Shown here: piece after piece, positions 25,948 through 38,684 of the stretch
How positions within the stretch are numbered: the stretch's first letter is position 1
Layout: the number at the start of each line of letters is the position of its first letter
Assembly: GCF_037042905.1 (NCBI RefSeq)
Contig: NC_087249.1
Location: 8,248,001-8,312,000, forward strand
Source: Lytechinus pictus
Lineage: Eukaryota
DNA length: 64,000 nt
Direction: 5' to 3'
Program-made: the position numbers and the translations under genes
Notes under the pieces: model-generated
Seen by the model: the letters and a program-made list of their open reading frames with translations, nothing else
What the model was told of the DNA's origin: nothing
The model's database searches: none

Positions 25948-27439
25948 AAAATTGAGAGTTCACGCAACCACTACGTAAACGCTTTCTGTGACGTTGAGAA
26001 TCTATTGTCAGAAGTCCTTCATGACGAAGAAGCCTTTGTCGATAAATCGGTGAATCAAAACGGCAGCGTTGTCCTTGACTCTGGACAAACGACACATTTG
26101 AAATTTTTCGTGAGCTCCGAATTATATATAGGACGACTTGCTGTCCCGGTTCACCAATTTCCGACAAAGCCTCAAAGTTGTGCATTGTGATTTGACCGAC
26201 ATTTTCAATAGATTTAAAATGTAAAATTCGTTCCCGTTGCAATCGCGCGAAAACTCACTTTTAGTATACATCTCATTTGGTTAGACTAAAAAGTTACTAC
26301 TCTCAAAATTAATTCATCCAATGAAACACGATTGAGAAAATCAACTCTTGTTCTCTCTAAACGGTATTTTGCTTCCTGTTTTCCTAATTTTTAGTATAGT
26401 GTTATTTCAATTTATTTCATTAAGTATCTTGGGTTGGCGTTTATAAGGCTCGTCCTTTCTTGCCACTGCCCTCACTCATGTTAACTGGATTTTATTGTAT
26501 ATTCGTGTCATCTATCTGTTTATATGTTTGTATATACTTTGTTAATTTCTTTTTATGAGTGAAAAATAAATACGAATTGAATTAAATAGAATTAGTCTTT
26601 GAAAATGAACTTTATCCTTAAAAAAACTCACGGATAATTCGTCCTCATAATCTTAACCTAATTCAAAAATTAGATATCACATAGTTCTTGTATATTTTTA
26701 TTAGTGTGGATTTCATTTTTTCAGTATCGCATGTCCTCTTGATTTTATTCTTATAAGTCGTCGGCTGAAATTTTTTACTGTTGCAATTATTGTTCAAAAC
26801 ATAAATCTTTAATAGAATGAATTAATTAATGGATGAATGAATGCATGAATATGGAAAGAATTATATCAACTAATAGATTCATTTTCTGTATCATATTACT
26901 GGATCGGAAACATATAGGCCGACATAGTTAAAAATAAGCCAAATCGAAATAATTACAATTCGAAATGAATAAATTTAGTTGCGGAAATATAAAGTCTGTA
27001 TTTGAAAAAAAGAGAAAATCATTTCTTTATTTACTTACATATCTATATATTTGTATATTTATTTATTTACCTATTGATTTATGTATTTATGCGTATATTT
27101 ATCTACTTTATCTATAATGTGCAATATTTCATTTTCGTTCCATAAAGTTTGACTGCTCGCAGCAAATAAGTAAAAGCATTTAAGTATTCCAACTTAATGA
27201 ACTGGTTATGATTCAAGCAATGGGTGTTTCTTTTTGAATAAATAATAACAATAATAAAATCATATTTAATACAATAAAACAATCTCCTTTATTATATTTT
27301 TTTCCAAATATCGAATAAAATAAATAGGAAAGGGATTTTTTTTCTATGTTCTCATTTACATCGTCACTGTACATTGAACAAAAACAAAAAAAACAGCATG
27401 ATATACATAGAATTCAAAATACAAAAATTGACAACATTA

Positions 27440-30400
27440 TATAAATTTAGCAAGAAAGAATTCTAGATACATGTTCAATAGTAAGCAAACATAATGCCTA
27501 AATTGACTTTTCAATCTTTTTTTGCAATTTTTCAAAATTTGTTGAAAAGTTGTATAAGCAGCTAAATTGATTAATACATTAAAGAAAGATATACTGTTGT
27601 GTCCATTACCACCGTGTCTACCAATCACAATGTCTTTATAACTTATATCCACATTTTTAATATTCAGATTAATGGTAATACAAAAGTTACTGAATTTTAA
27701 CCAAAATAGTATAGAATATTGGCAATTATAAAATAAGTGATAATAGTTGTCAAAAGTTTAATATTTAAAACAAAGTGGATATTCTGCCAATTCAAATCGA
27801 AACAAATATTCATTTGACATCAAAAGTTTATACAAAAATTTAAAGTTGAATTCAGCTAAACGAAATTCTTTAATGAAAGTAACTTTTTCTTTCCAGATAT
27901 TGTTCCAAATCAAATTTTCTTTGAAATAAAGTGACAAATATTGTTCAACATTTGGGGTTATAAACTTTTTATCCACAAGAAAATTGTATAATCTTTTAGA
28001 AAGCTTAACAGATAAATGTTTACTTTGTTTTATATGTAAAACAGGATCATGGTCCTTCAATTGAAAGTAGCTAACAATTGAATAATTTGAGCAATGTTTA
28101 TTTGTAACCAAAATGTTTTTCCATTTTTTTGGTATACAATTCCAAATTAATTTCGATTGACATAAATAATATCCTTTTTTGTTTAATTTTGCATGAATAC
28201 ACAGTATATCCAATAGTCCTTCGTTGTTAACAATATCTCCAATAACAAGAATGTCTGATAATACCCATTGCTTCCAAAACAAACACATTTTTTCTAATGC
28301 AAAATGTTTTTATTACCCCATAACAACTGTTGCCAAATATCTTCACCTGTATTCTCAAAAGAGGGCTTGTTATTACACATTTTCCAAGCAGTTATACATT
28401 GACGATAAAATAATGGAAGTTGTTTCATTTCAGGCATTTGACATTCTTTTTCAAAATACATTTTAAGAACAAGTGAATTCGGTCCAAAGTAATTGAGGTG
28501 TAGTTCAGGAATGAACTTCCATCTAAAATTGTGATCCTTGTTTTCAAATACATGCATGTAGATTGTTTAGCCAAACTGTTTTTAGGGCGTTACATTGTAA
28601 GACAAAATCAGGCATATTTATCCCTCCTTTTTCAGTTCTACCAATCATTGTTTTTCTTATTATTTTATCATGCCCTTTCCATATAAATTTAAATGTAATT
28701 TGTTCAACTTTTTTTATTAATAAGATCAAGCATGGGAAATACAGTCATTAAATAGGTTATATTAGAAAGAATTAAAGATTTTAGTACAGTAACTTTTCCG
28801 AAAAATGTTAAATATCGGTATTTCCACAATAATACTTGGTTTTCAATTTTTGTAACTTTTTCTTTCCAATTTTTTTCATAAGCATCAAACATATTTTTAC
28901 TAAAATACACCCCTAGAGTTTTTATAAACACACTTTTCCAATCAATCCTTTGAAAAAGATTACTATTAAAATTTCCAAAGCTAAAACCCGAGATTTTCGA
29001 AACATTTAACGATGGTCCAGTAACTTTGCAAAACCTTTGGACTCTTTCCATTACAGTTTTTAAAGACAGTTCATCCGCTACAAATACTGTGGTGTCATCA
29101 GCGAATTGACTTATCTTGATCTCAACTGAATTATTTACATTATTCGTCAAAATAATACCTTTAATGTTATCATTCTTATTCAAATCAATTGATAAAAAAT
29201 TCGACAACTACTAAAAATAACAGGGCAGACACTGGACAACCTTGTCTTACTCCTCTAGTTAGAGGGAAATAAACTGACTGCCAATTTAAATTCATTATAC
29301 AACTCTCTGCATCAGCAAGGCTTTTATATAACATGAATTCATTACCAAAATTAAATTTTTCAAGGGCTCTATAAAGAAAATTCCTATTAACTTTACCAAA
29401 GGCCTTTTCTAGGTCCAAAAATAAAATAGCCCCCGATTATTCATGTTTTGTCATATAATTTATCACATCATCAATAAGTCTTATATTGTTTCCAATAAAA
29501 CGGCCTTTTAAGTAGGCATTTTGATCAAGCGAAATACATGAACTTAATACTAGTTTCAATCTATCTGCCAAAACTGATGCCAGTATTTTGTAATCAGTGT
29601 TTAAAAGACTGATAGGCCTCCAGTTGGATAGCAAATCTTTTCGTCCCTTTTTATGCAAAAGTGTAATAACAGCTCTATTTTGACTAACTGATAAATTCCC
29701 AACTGATAACGAATTGTTAAATAAATGTAATAATATAGCTTTTAAATGATTCTAAAAACATTTGTAAAATTCAAACGTTAAACCATCTGGACCTGGACTT
29801 TTACCAAGTTTTGAATTTTGGATAGCTTTATTACATTCATGAATTGTCAGTGTGCTATCACACATTAATTTCTGTTTTTCGTTTAATGAATTTTCTTTGT
29901 GAATATTTTCAAAATAATCATTAATATCTTTACTTTCTATATTTTCCGATTTTGAAAAAAGTTCTGAGAAGTAATCCACCTCAGCAGTCAAGATATCGTT
30001 TTGACTTATACAAACTTTACCACTGTGTTCCACTTTAAACAAATTCTTCTGTTGATAATTTCATTTTTCAAGACCTAGAAAAAATTTGTTATTACGTTCC
30101 CCCTCTTCATACCACTTTATTTTGGATCTCACCAAAGCTCCATGAACTTTATAATCATAGAGATTATTTAGTTCTCTTCGTATTTTTTTAATTTCTTGAA
30201 TCTGTTTAGCAGATATAATTTTCTGCTTGGTAAGATAGTCAAGTCTTTGTTGTAAATTTAATTGTTTACATTTTGTATTGTTAGATTTATCTATACAAAA
30301 ATATATTGATTTTTGTTTAACCTCTTTTTAAAATAAATCCCAAAGTAATATTATATATCAGCTACTTGATTATCAATATTTTCCCCAAGGTCTTCTATTA

Positions 30401-30655
30401 GAGCAATAATGATTTTTTGTATTCAGAGTCTTGTAACAAAGAGTTATTAAGTTTCCATAGACCTTTGCCCTTTCTGAATTTATTGAATTCAATTTTTATA
30501 AGAACTGGATTATGATCAGATAAAAATCTCCCTATTATATTGCAATTGATAATATTATTGTTAAGTCTATCAGAAACTAAGACAAAATCTATTCTTGTCT
30601 CAATAGGAGACTGTCGTATTAGTTGATGAGTAAATTCAATAGAGGGATTATCATG
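27440..30655 (-). mobile_element. Decayed, 5'-truncated non-LTR retrotransposon, L1/Tx1 clade ORF2 (APE endonuclease end, RT, zf-RVT)
   Basis: Minus-strand fragments: TRIDFVLVS...SDHNPV...WKLNNSLL (endonuclease C-terminus), KSPGPDG, NWRPISLLNTDYKIL, DLEKAF, RGVRQGCPVS, QFADDTT, GGINMPD and a Cys/His tail (LCFKY...HLFYNC). Several frameshifts and stops. The 3' boundary is approximate. Confidence 0.93.
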
Positions 30656-30880
30656 GTGATGATGATGATGATGATGATGGTGAATGATGATAGTAGTGGT
30701 GGTGGTGATGACGGATGATGATGGTGGTGGTGGTGATGCTGATGATGATATATGATGACGATGTGATGATGATGATGATGATGATAGTGGTGATAATGGT
30801 GGTGGTGGTGGTCATGATGATGAAGATGATAATGATGGTGATAATGATGATGACGATGACGACGACGACGGTGATAATAC
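30654..30880. repeat. Compound (GAT/GGT/GAC)n trinucleotide microsatellite
   Basis: Visible runs of gat, ggt and gac directly abutting the truncated 5' end of the LINE. Confidence 0.95.
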
Positions 30881-31139
30881 GGTCGTTATAGACATGATGC
30901 CGAATATGGTGATGACACCATCAAAGTTCTAACAGTATCTTACTCCGATCTTACTACAAATTTCCTTGGTAATTTATGATAAGTTTGAATTGGGGGATGA
31001 ATTCATATCAGCCACATCAGGTAAATATGGCTTTTCGGTTGATTATTAATGAAAAAAAAATCACGCTCTGGTATTATGAATATCTTTTATGCCTCAGTTG
31101 TTCTCGGCGAAGAACACAGTAGTACTCGTGCAATACAAA

Positions 31140-31465
31140 GACGAGGCTCTTTGAATTACAGTGGGCGAAATCACGTCCTGGGAGTGTGAACACACGCTTC
31201 AAGAGTTTGGTGACGTAAGCACACATGCCTCAATTTTGCATTCATTTCACTCTGTGTTGATCATGGCGAGTTGCGGGGAGTTTCTCGGATACTTTCGTTG
31301 GAGTGGATTATAAAGTTTGATCATTTCTTATTCATTGGAATATGGTAACTTGTAAATAAATGACCTATGTCGAATTGAATGATCGCAATTCCTTGGACCG
31401 GTTACCTCCCAGAAAAGTGGAAATTCGTTGTCAAAGTTGAGTTGTAAACTTGTTCCGAAAAAGCG
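31140..31465 (+). promoter_or_regulatory. Putative CHSY1 promoter and 5' leader
   Basis: CpG-rich; GC-box-like gtgggcg (about 31161), CRE-like tgacgtaa (31211) and atggcg (31263). The TSS cannot be determined from sequence. Confidence 0.4.
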
Positions 31466-32224
31466 ATGGGGTCGAGCAGTAGAAGTTCGGGGCCCCGTAA
31501 GCTGGCCAGCGTGGTGTTGAGTTTAGTGATCGGGTTCGCTCTGGCTACCTGGATGCGGATGGTATGGGTTCCGGCGGGTAAGTCGTGCAACACTCAAAAC
31601 TTTGAAAGAGACGACCCATTTCTCTCGACGCCTGAACCAAATCACCCATCGAAAAACTTATTAATGGTTGGCGTTATGACGGCTGCCATTTTCTTAGAAA
31701 CTCGAGCTGTTGCTGTAAACAGAACTTGGGCACAGACAATCCCGGGGCAAGTTGCATTTTTCTCGAGTGGGGCGTCCAACGTCCCACCTGAATGGAATCT
31801 TCCCGTTATTAGTTTGCCTGGTGTGACAGACGCTTACCCACCTCAGAAAAAGTCATTTATGATGTTGAAATACATGCACGACAATTTCATTGACAAATAT
31901 GAATGGTTTATGAGAGCTGATGATGATGTATACATCAAAGGCGATCGCATGGAAGCATTCCTGCGATCGCTGAACAGCAGCCACACTTATTTCATAGGGC
32001 AAGCAGGACGAGGAAAAGTAGAGGAATTGGGGCTGTTGCATTTGGAATATGATGATAATTTTTGCATGGGAGGAACTGGAATGGTTTTCAGCCGGGCCAC
32101 CCTTAGGAAAATGATACCTCACGTCAGCTACTGCCTCAAGAATTTGTGGAGCACCCACGAAGATGTCGAAGTTGGCCGGTGCATCAAGAAGTTTGCGGGG
32201 ATCGATTGTACTTGGTCGTACGAG
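31466..32224 (+). CDS. CHSY1: Chondroitin sulfate synthase 1 (CHSY1/CHSY3 family), first coding exon; the rest lies beyond the window
   Basis: N-terminal signal anchor LASVVLSLVIGFALATW; motifs VGVMTA, YPPQKKSFMMLKYMHD, EWFMRADDDVY (DxD), NFCMGG, HEDVEVGRC and CTWSYE; donor GAG|gtaaga, phase 0, 253 codons. Confidence 0.93.
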
Positions 32225-32416
32225 GTAAGATGACACCCCTTTTCAAGAGCAAAAAAAACTCGATCAAAAAGTCGAAAGATCAGAAAACGAAAAATGGCAA
32301 GAGAAAAAAGAGGTATTTTGTTGATATTGGTTTATTTTGAGAAAAGTAGCAAATACAAAATAGAATATTACAAGGTTCAATAAACTCAACAATTTACAAG
32401 AAAAAAACAGTTATAG

Positions 32417-32876
32417 TATGGCAAGTTCCCCCAAGTCTGCGCAGTCCCCCTTGTCTGCGCACACGCGTATTTGCACGATTCTAGTGAAAGAAGATACGCA
32501 ACGAACACAGACTTTACACATGCAATACATAGACAGGTATTCATAAAAAAATCTGACTCAAAATGGTGGAAAAATAATGAAATTTGGGCATTTCATGTGA
32601 CGGCCTCAAAGTGCCGCCTTTCTCATCAAAATCCCAGAATCGTGTGCAAAGTGAATGAGTGCGCAGACATGGGGTACCATTTTTTTTTCAATCTGAAAAT
32701 GACTGCCCGAGGTTTTTTCAAGAAAATGCTATATTTTCTTTCATTTTTCAATGAGAAATTTGGTACACTTATGATAATATAAGGAACCTTATTAACTGAA
32801 AGATTTTGTGAATTAAGAAATTCATGTGAAATCTTAACTCAAATTGTTAGGTGCGCAGACTTGGGGCCCACCATCA
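32417..32876. mobile_element. MITE at the start of the CHSY1 intron
   Basis: Inverted ends ccccaagtctgcgca / tgcgcagacttgggg, plus internal copies of the motif. Confidence 0.65.
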
Positions 32877-33111
32877 TAAAAGCTAAAATGTAAATTAAGA
32901 GAGGCAAATGAATATAAACAGTGAACACAAGTAATGTACTTTATGTGAAAGAGAGAGAGAAAAAAAAACCCACCTAAATATGATAGACTAAGGATATTAT
33001 AAAATAGACAGATGAATCAGAGTACTGTATTCTATATCAGATCTATTGGAAATTTTCCTAGAACTGCATTTCTTGAGGTAGTTTGCTTTTCCTGTTGGAT
33101 CTTTAACTTAA

Positions 33112-33708
33112 AGGACAAGTCCACCCCAACAAAAAGCTGATTTGAATAGAAAGAGAAAAATGAAACAAGCATAACACTGAAAATTTCATCAAAATCGGAT
33201 GTTAAATAAGGAAGTTATGACATTTAAAGTTTCGCTTATTTTTCATAAAACAGTTCTATGCTCAACTCGGTGATATGCAAATGAGAGAGTCAATGATGTC
33301 ACTCACTATTTCTTTTGTTTTTTATTATTTGAATTATACAATATTTCAATTTTCACGAATTTGACAATTAGGACCCCCTTGTTTGAACCACAAAATGTTA
33401 AAATAATGTAATTCCATGTGTTCAGGGAGGAATGAGACTTTGTTCTCATGACAATGACGAGAAAATCAAAATATTTCATATTTCATATAATAAAATACAA
33501 AAGAAATAGTGAGTGGGTGATGTCATCGGTCCCCCCATTTGCATACCGAACAGGATGTGCATATAACTGTATTGAGAAAATAGGCGAAACTTTAAAATGT
33601 TATAACTTTCTTATTTTACATCCGATTTTGATGAAATTTTCAGTGTTATGCTTGTTTGATTTTTCTCTTTCTATTCAAATCAGCTTTTCGTTGGGGTGGA
33701 CTTGTCCT
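33112..33708. mobile_element. Kolobok-type non-autonomous MITE (agg[t/a]caagtccacccc family)
   Basis: TTAA on both sides; long TIRs aggacaagtccaccccaac / gttggggtggacttgtcct. Confidence 0.85.
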
Positions 33709-35496
33709 TTAAATAGTACAAATGACAAGTTTCTCCAAGTATGTAGTCAAGTCCAGAGAATGGGCAGAGTAACACCACATGCAGTACTGTATGTAAGCTT
33801 TCTGATATTATCTATGAAAATAAGAATGTATTTTTATATTTTCATTATTTATATGTATGTGACAAAATAAAATTTGGGACCTACTTCATTTTTGTGTCAT
33901 TTCTGTGCATAATCTACAGTATGTACCTCTGCCGTGTGGTGGCATCGCCCAGGTTATCTTTTTTCTTCATCTTGGTTGCTCTCTTTCCATACATTTTAAT
34001 GACTTGGCAAATTATTTGGAACCTGCTGTTTCATATTTTATAAAGACTTCATGTTTATCTGGCCTAATCTACACTCATACCCAGATTATACAAGTCCACT
34101 GTAAACCTGACGCAGATTAAGAGAATAATTTTGAAGATTTGACTTTGTGCATCTTCGGACCAATCCTGATCTTTTTTTTTCTCATTTGACATGCTTTTGT
34201 CCACTCCTGCGTATGCAGACTCCTCCCACATCTTGATATAGACAGTACAGACTGTACAGTACATGTATATGTACAGGTAGTATAGAGTACATGTACATGT
34301 ATCTCTGTTTAAAAAATTTGCATCTTTTAATAAACAAACATTGATTGATTCTCAGTATTAAAGACATATATGTACACTGTATATATACTCCAGGGAATTC
34401 CTGATACATGAACTATGAAGTCAACAGACCATTCTTGTATTATTTTCAGCAGCCACTTTCAGCAGCCTGGGATGCAAGGTTCTGTTTGCTAGTGATTACA
34501 TAATATTTCCTTTGAAGACTCACCCACTCTCCATTTTTGTCCACTTCACCCACATCATGCAGTGCTCAGTCATTTGTTGAACTGACAACCGTTCACAGAA
34601 GGCAATAAATTATTTTATGCTACGAAGTCCAATTGGGTGTCTACTGACCATACTCCTTTGCCGTAAACAAGGTCGTCTTTGCATAATGGTTTGACCAAAA
34701 TTAATGAATTCTCTCAGTGCATTCCATAATGAAAATCGATTTCTCGATATGGATCATGCATTTTGACAGCTTGCAATAATTTCTTTTGAATTGCATGGGT
34801 TATTTTACCAGTAATTTATCGTTTGTTGTCTTTTACAGTGTCTGCATTAATATGAACCTACATACATGTACTGCACAATATACAACTGTATCGAGGCCTA
34901 TTTTATGTAGGCTATAGATCATTAATTAAAACATATTACTGCACACCTCGTCTTGTTTACATGTAGGTTAAAATACTGTATACATTTATGTATATGACTG
35001 GTTATACATTGTAGTACAGTTGTAGACCCTCACTCATTCTTTTTTCAACTTTTTAAGTTGTTTGAAAACTAGGCCTACTCTACCGCCTACATACGTGTAG
35101 GCCTATTTTTGTTTCTTCTTTCGTGTTTCAAGTCAGTAGTACTTAGTCTTAGGCCTACATGCAGGTATGTGGGTGTTTGAAGTGGTTTGATACGCTTTGA
35201 TTTATTGCCAAGGAAATGTGATTTTCCTGTAACATTGGGGGTGGTAATGACATTGTTGAATAAATAGTTTGATTGTTCACATTCACAATGAATTTGCAAT
35301 ACTTGCAAAAATCTTGTTTTAATAGTGCCCATGCAACGTTTGAAGTTCATGAATCCTTGAGAATTGCCTTATCCCCTTTCTGCTCAGATGTAAACTTGTC
35401 AAATTAAAGTTGAATGAATGAACCTTTGCTCAGGTTTTGTTGAGAACCGTCAAATGCTTCACTCACTGTCATCAACAAAAGTTTTGCTATTCACAG

Positions 35497-35800
35497 TAAT
35501 AATAATATTCCGCACTTATAAAGCGCTTAACACATCGGAACGACGTCTCTATAAAGCGCTTTCCATATATATTATTACCCCGGTCATCGGATCCTTGCAT
35601 GCCCGCATACATGCACCTTCTCCACTCCCTGGGGAGCATTCCAACAAGAGTTCCAAGACTCAATTGCTAGGCTTACTACATAGGCTTTCATATCCTACCG
35701 GTTACCCATTTAACACCTGGGTGGAGAGTGGCAAATTGTGGACTGACGCCTTGCCAAAGGAGGCTAGGCCATGGTGGGATCAAACACACGACCCTCTGAT
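35497..35800 (-). mobile_element. SINE (related family)
   Basis: (taa)n tail; body acccatttaacacctgggtggagagtggcaaa shared with 58697-58730; degenerate B box. Confidence 0.7.
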
Positions 35801-35979
35801 TACAATACAGTACAGTACAATACAATACAGTGTACAGTAGGCCTACATTCAGCTAAATAGGATGATAACACCTCATTTAATCTGGGCCTAGTGCAGGCCA
35901 ACACTATATGGTACTTTATGAGACATGATGAAGGCCTACGTGTATGTACCTGTACAAAACCTCCTTCACATCAATGCAC

Positions 35980-36417
35980 TTGTGAATTACCGGTATACTG
36001 GTACATGCAGGTCTACCTGTATTAAAGATTATTACCATTAGGCCTAAATAATTTGTTGACATTTTCTGGAAAAGGGATGGTTATCCTTGAGTGTCTGTAC
36101 ACGTATGCACATACAGGCCTACCTGCATACATGTATGCACCTTATACGGGATCTACTGGAAAAATACAGTTGTTTCTGCACCCAAGTTTCCAGATATGTC
36201 TTGTTGTGAATTATACTGGTACATGCAGGTCTACCTGTATTAAAGATTATTACCATTAGGCCTAAATAATTTGTTGACATTTTCTGGAAAAGGGATGGTT
36301 ATCCTTGAGTGTCTGCACATGCAGGCCTACCTGCATACATGTATATATTACACCTTATACTGGATCTACTGGAAAATTACAGTTGTTTCTGCAGCCAAGT
36401 TTCCAGATGTATCTTGC
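35980..36417 (+). repeat. Two-copy tandem duplication, unit about 220 bp
   Basis: tactggtacatgcaggtctacctgtattaaagattattacc...gagtgtctg repeated at an offset of 218. Confidence 0.92.
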
Positions 36418-36916
36418 ATGTTGTCTTCCTATTTAGGTACTATTAAAATTCTCATTCTGTGTCTGTGCCTACACTGTATGTACATGTATGTGCTGTACCA
36501 ATGCAGTGAAAAAGTCACTGTTCCCATGGGTGGACATATTAAACGCAACAAAGACCAAAACTTGTCTAGCATGGTCTTCTTGACGCTATTGACCTTTGAT
36601 GATGTACATTGTAACAATCCAGACCTCAGTCCATGATGTAACTACTGGCAAAGAATACCAGTCAGTTCCTCTCAGCTCCCTGCTCAGTCTCGATATTCCT
36701 TTCCATAAACAGCTTGTAAGTAAGGATAGCCATTGGTTGCTTGAGTGGTCAATTTACAATTGACCCTTTTTATCACAGGTCAACGGGTACTACAGTTATG
36801 TACACGTACATTGTAACTACCAGTATTTCCTTTAAAGTGGCGTAACAGGATTAAGGTTGTGATAATTGTGGCAGTCTGAAGGTTGAATTACGGTTCATTC
36901 TCTCTCTCTATATATG

Positions 36917-37570
36917 AGGGATGGTCCTGGCTGAAAATATTTACATCTGTCCTGGCTGAAAATATTTACATCTAAATAAATGGAGTAAAATTCACAAAGC
37001 AAAATGCTGTAAATTTCATCAAAATTGGATTACAAATAACGAAGTTATTGAATTTTAAAGTTTATCAATATTTTGTTTGTGAAAACAGTTATATATGCAC
37101 ATCGTCATGAATATTCATTAGGTGGGCTGATGATGTCATATCCCCACTTTCCTTTTTCTTATGTTATTACATGAACTCATAATTGTTTCATTTTTACATA
37201 CATGTGTAAATTATGTGTTTCTATTGATTATGATGAAATAAGTTGCAGCAATAAATAACTATTGCACTTAATCAGTTGTCAATCCAATTGTTTTTTTAGT
37301 TCTTGGTAGAATTTTTTTTGAATAAACCTAATTTCATATAATAAAATACAAAAGAACAAGTGGTGATACATGTATGACATCATCAGCCCAGCTAATTAAT
37401 ATTCATGAAGACATGCCTCAAACTGTTTCACCGGAATAATGTTAATCTTTAAAATTCAAAAACTTTGTTATTTGTTATCCGATTTTGATCAAATTTTCAG
37501 CATTTTGCTCTGTGAATTTTGCTCCATTTATGGAGATATAAATATCTCCAGTCTGGCAAATCTGCCTCAT
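36917..37570. mobile_element. Related Kolobok-type MITE (agggatggtcc subfamily), degraded ends
   Basis: Long imperfect inverted arms (aaatttcatcaaaattggat / atccgattttgatcaaatttt) with the same architecture as the neighbouring family; about 25-bp tandem duplication at the left end. Confidence 0.6.
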
Positions 37571-37674
37571 TTGAAAGAAAGAAGTAACAGTGCTTCTAAC
37601 CAGCACTTGCTCAGTAATGTAGGCCTGTGTGTAAACTTGCATTGCAACGCTGATCATTGATACATTGTTATAAA

Positions 37675-38079
37675 AGGTCAAGTCCATCCCAGAAAGATGT
37701 TGATTTGAATAAATTGAGAAAAATCTAACAAGCATAACGCTGAAAACTTCATCAAAATCAGATGTAAAATAAGAAAGTTATGACATTTTAAAGTTTCTCA
37801 TATTTTTCTCAAAACAGTTATATGCACAACTCAGTGATATGCAAATGCATATTTCAGATAATAAAATACAAAAGAAATAGTGAGTGCGTGATGTCATCAG
37901 TCCCCTCATTTGCATACTGGCCAGGATGTGCATATAACTGTTGTGTGAAATTAAGCTAAACTTTAAAATGTCATAACTTTCTTATTTTACATCCGATTTT
38001 GATGAAATTTTCAGTGTTATGATTGTTGGATTTTTCTCTTTTTATTCAAATCAAAGTTTTGTTGGGGTGGACTTGTCCT
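37675..38079. mobile_element. Kolobok-type MITE, internally shortened copy
   Basis: aggtcaagtccatccc ... ggggtggacttgtcct, followed by TTAA at 38080-83. Confidence 0.85.
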
Positions 38080-38083
38080 TTAA

Positions 38084-38684
38084 AGGACAAGTCCACCCCA
38101 ACAAAAAAGTGATTTGAATATTAAAAAGAGAACAATCCAACAAGCATAACACTGAAAATTTCATCAAAATGGGATGTGAAATAAATAAAATGTTAACAGT
38201 TTGCTTGATTTCACAAACCAGTTTATAAATACATGTATGCACATCTTAGTCATTATGCAAAGGAGGAATTGATGACTTCATCCACTCACTATTTCTTTTG
38301 TATTTTATTATTTGAAATATTATATTTTTCTCCTTATTGGCCTGTGAAATAAAGTTATATTCCTCCCAGGAGATACATGGTATTACCACTGTTTCAACAT
38401 TTAATGATTCAGTCAAGTTGGTCCTTTATGTCAAATCTATAAAAATTGAAATATTGTATAATTCAAACAATAAAAAACAAAAATAGTGAGTGAGGGACAT
38501 CATCGACTCTCTCATTTGCATATCACTGAGTTGTGCATGTATTAACTGTTTTTTGAAAAATAAGTAAAACTTTTATCATCACTCTTATTTTACATCCGAT
38601 TTTGATGAAATTTTCAGTGTTACATGCTTATTTGAATTTTCTCTCATGATTCAAATCAACATTTTTCTTGGGTGGACTTGACCT
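38084..38684. mobile_element. Kolobok-type MITE, inverted relative to and abutting the previous copy
   Basis: aggacaagtccacccc ... gggtggacttgacct; TTAA on both sides. Confidence 0.85.

Noticed and set aside
25871..26242. 123-aa minus and 86-aa plus ORFs beside the duplication end
   Set aside because: No recognisable domain and no supporting gene structure.
33448..33870. 140-aa ORF and similar ILHPILMKFSVLCL ORFs (38051, 55032, 61915)
   Set aside because: Chance translations of the same non-coding MITE arm.
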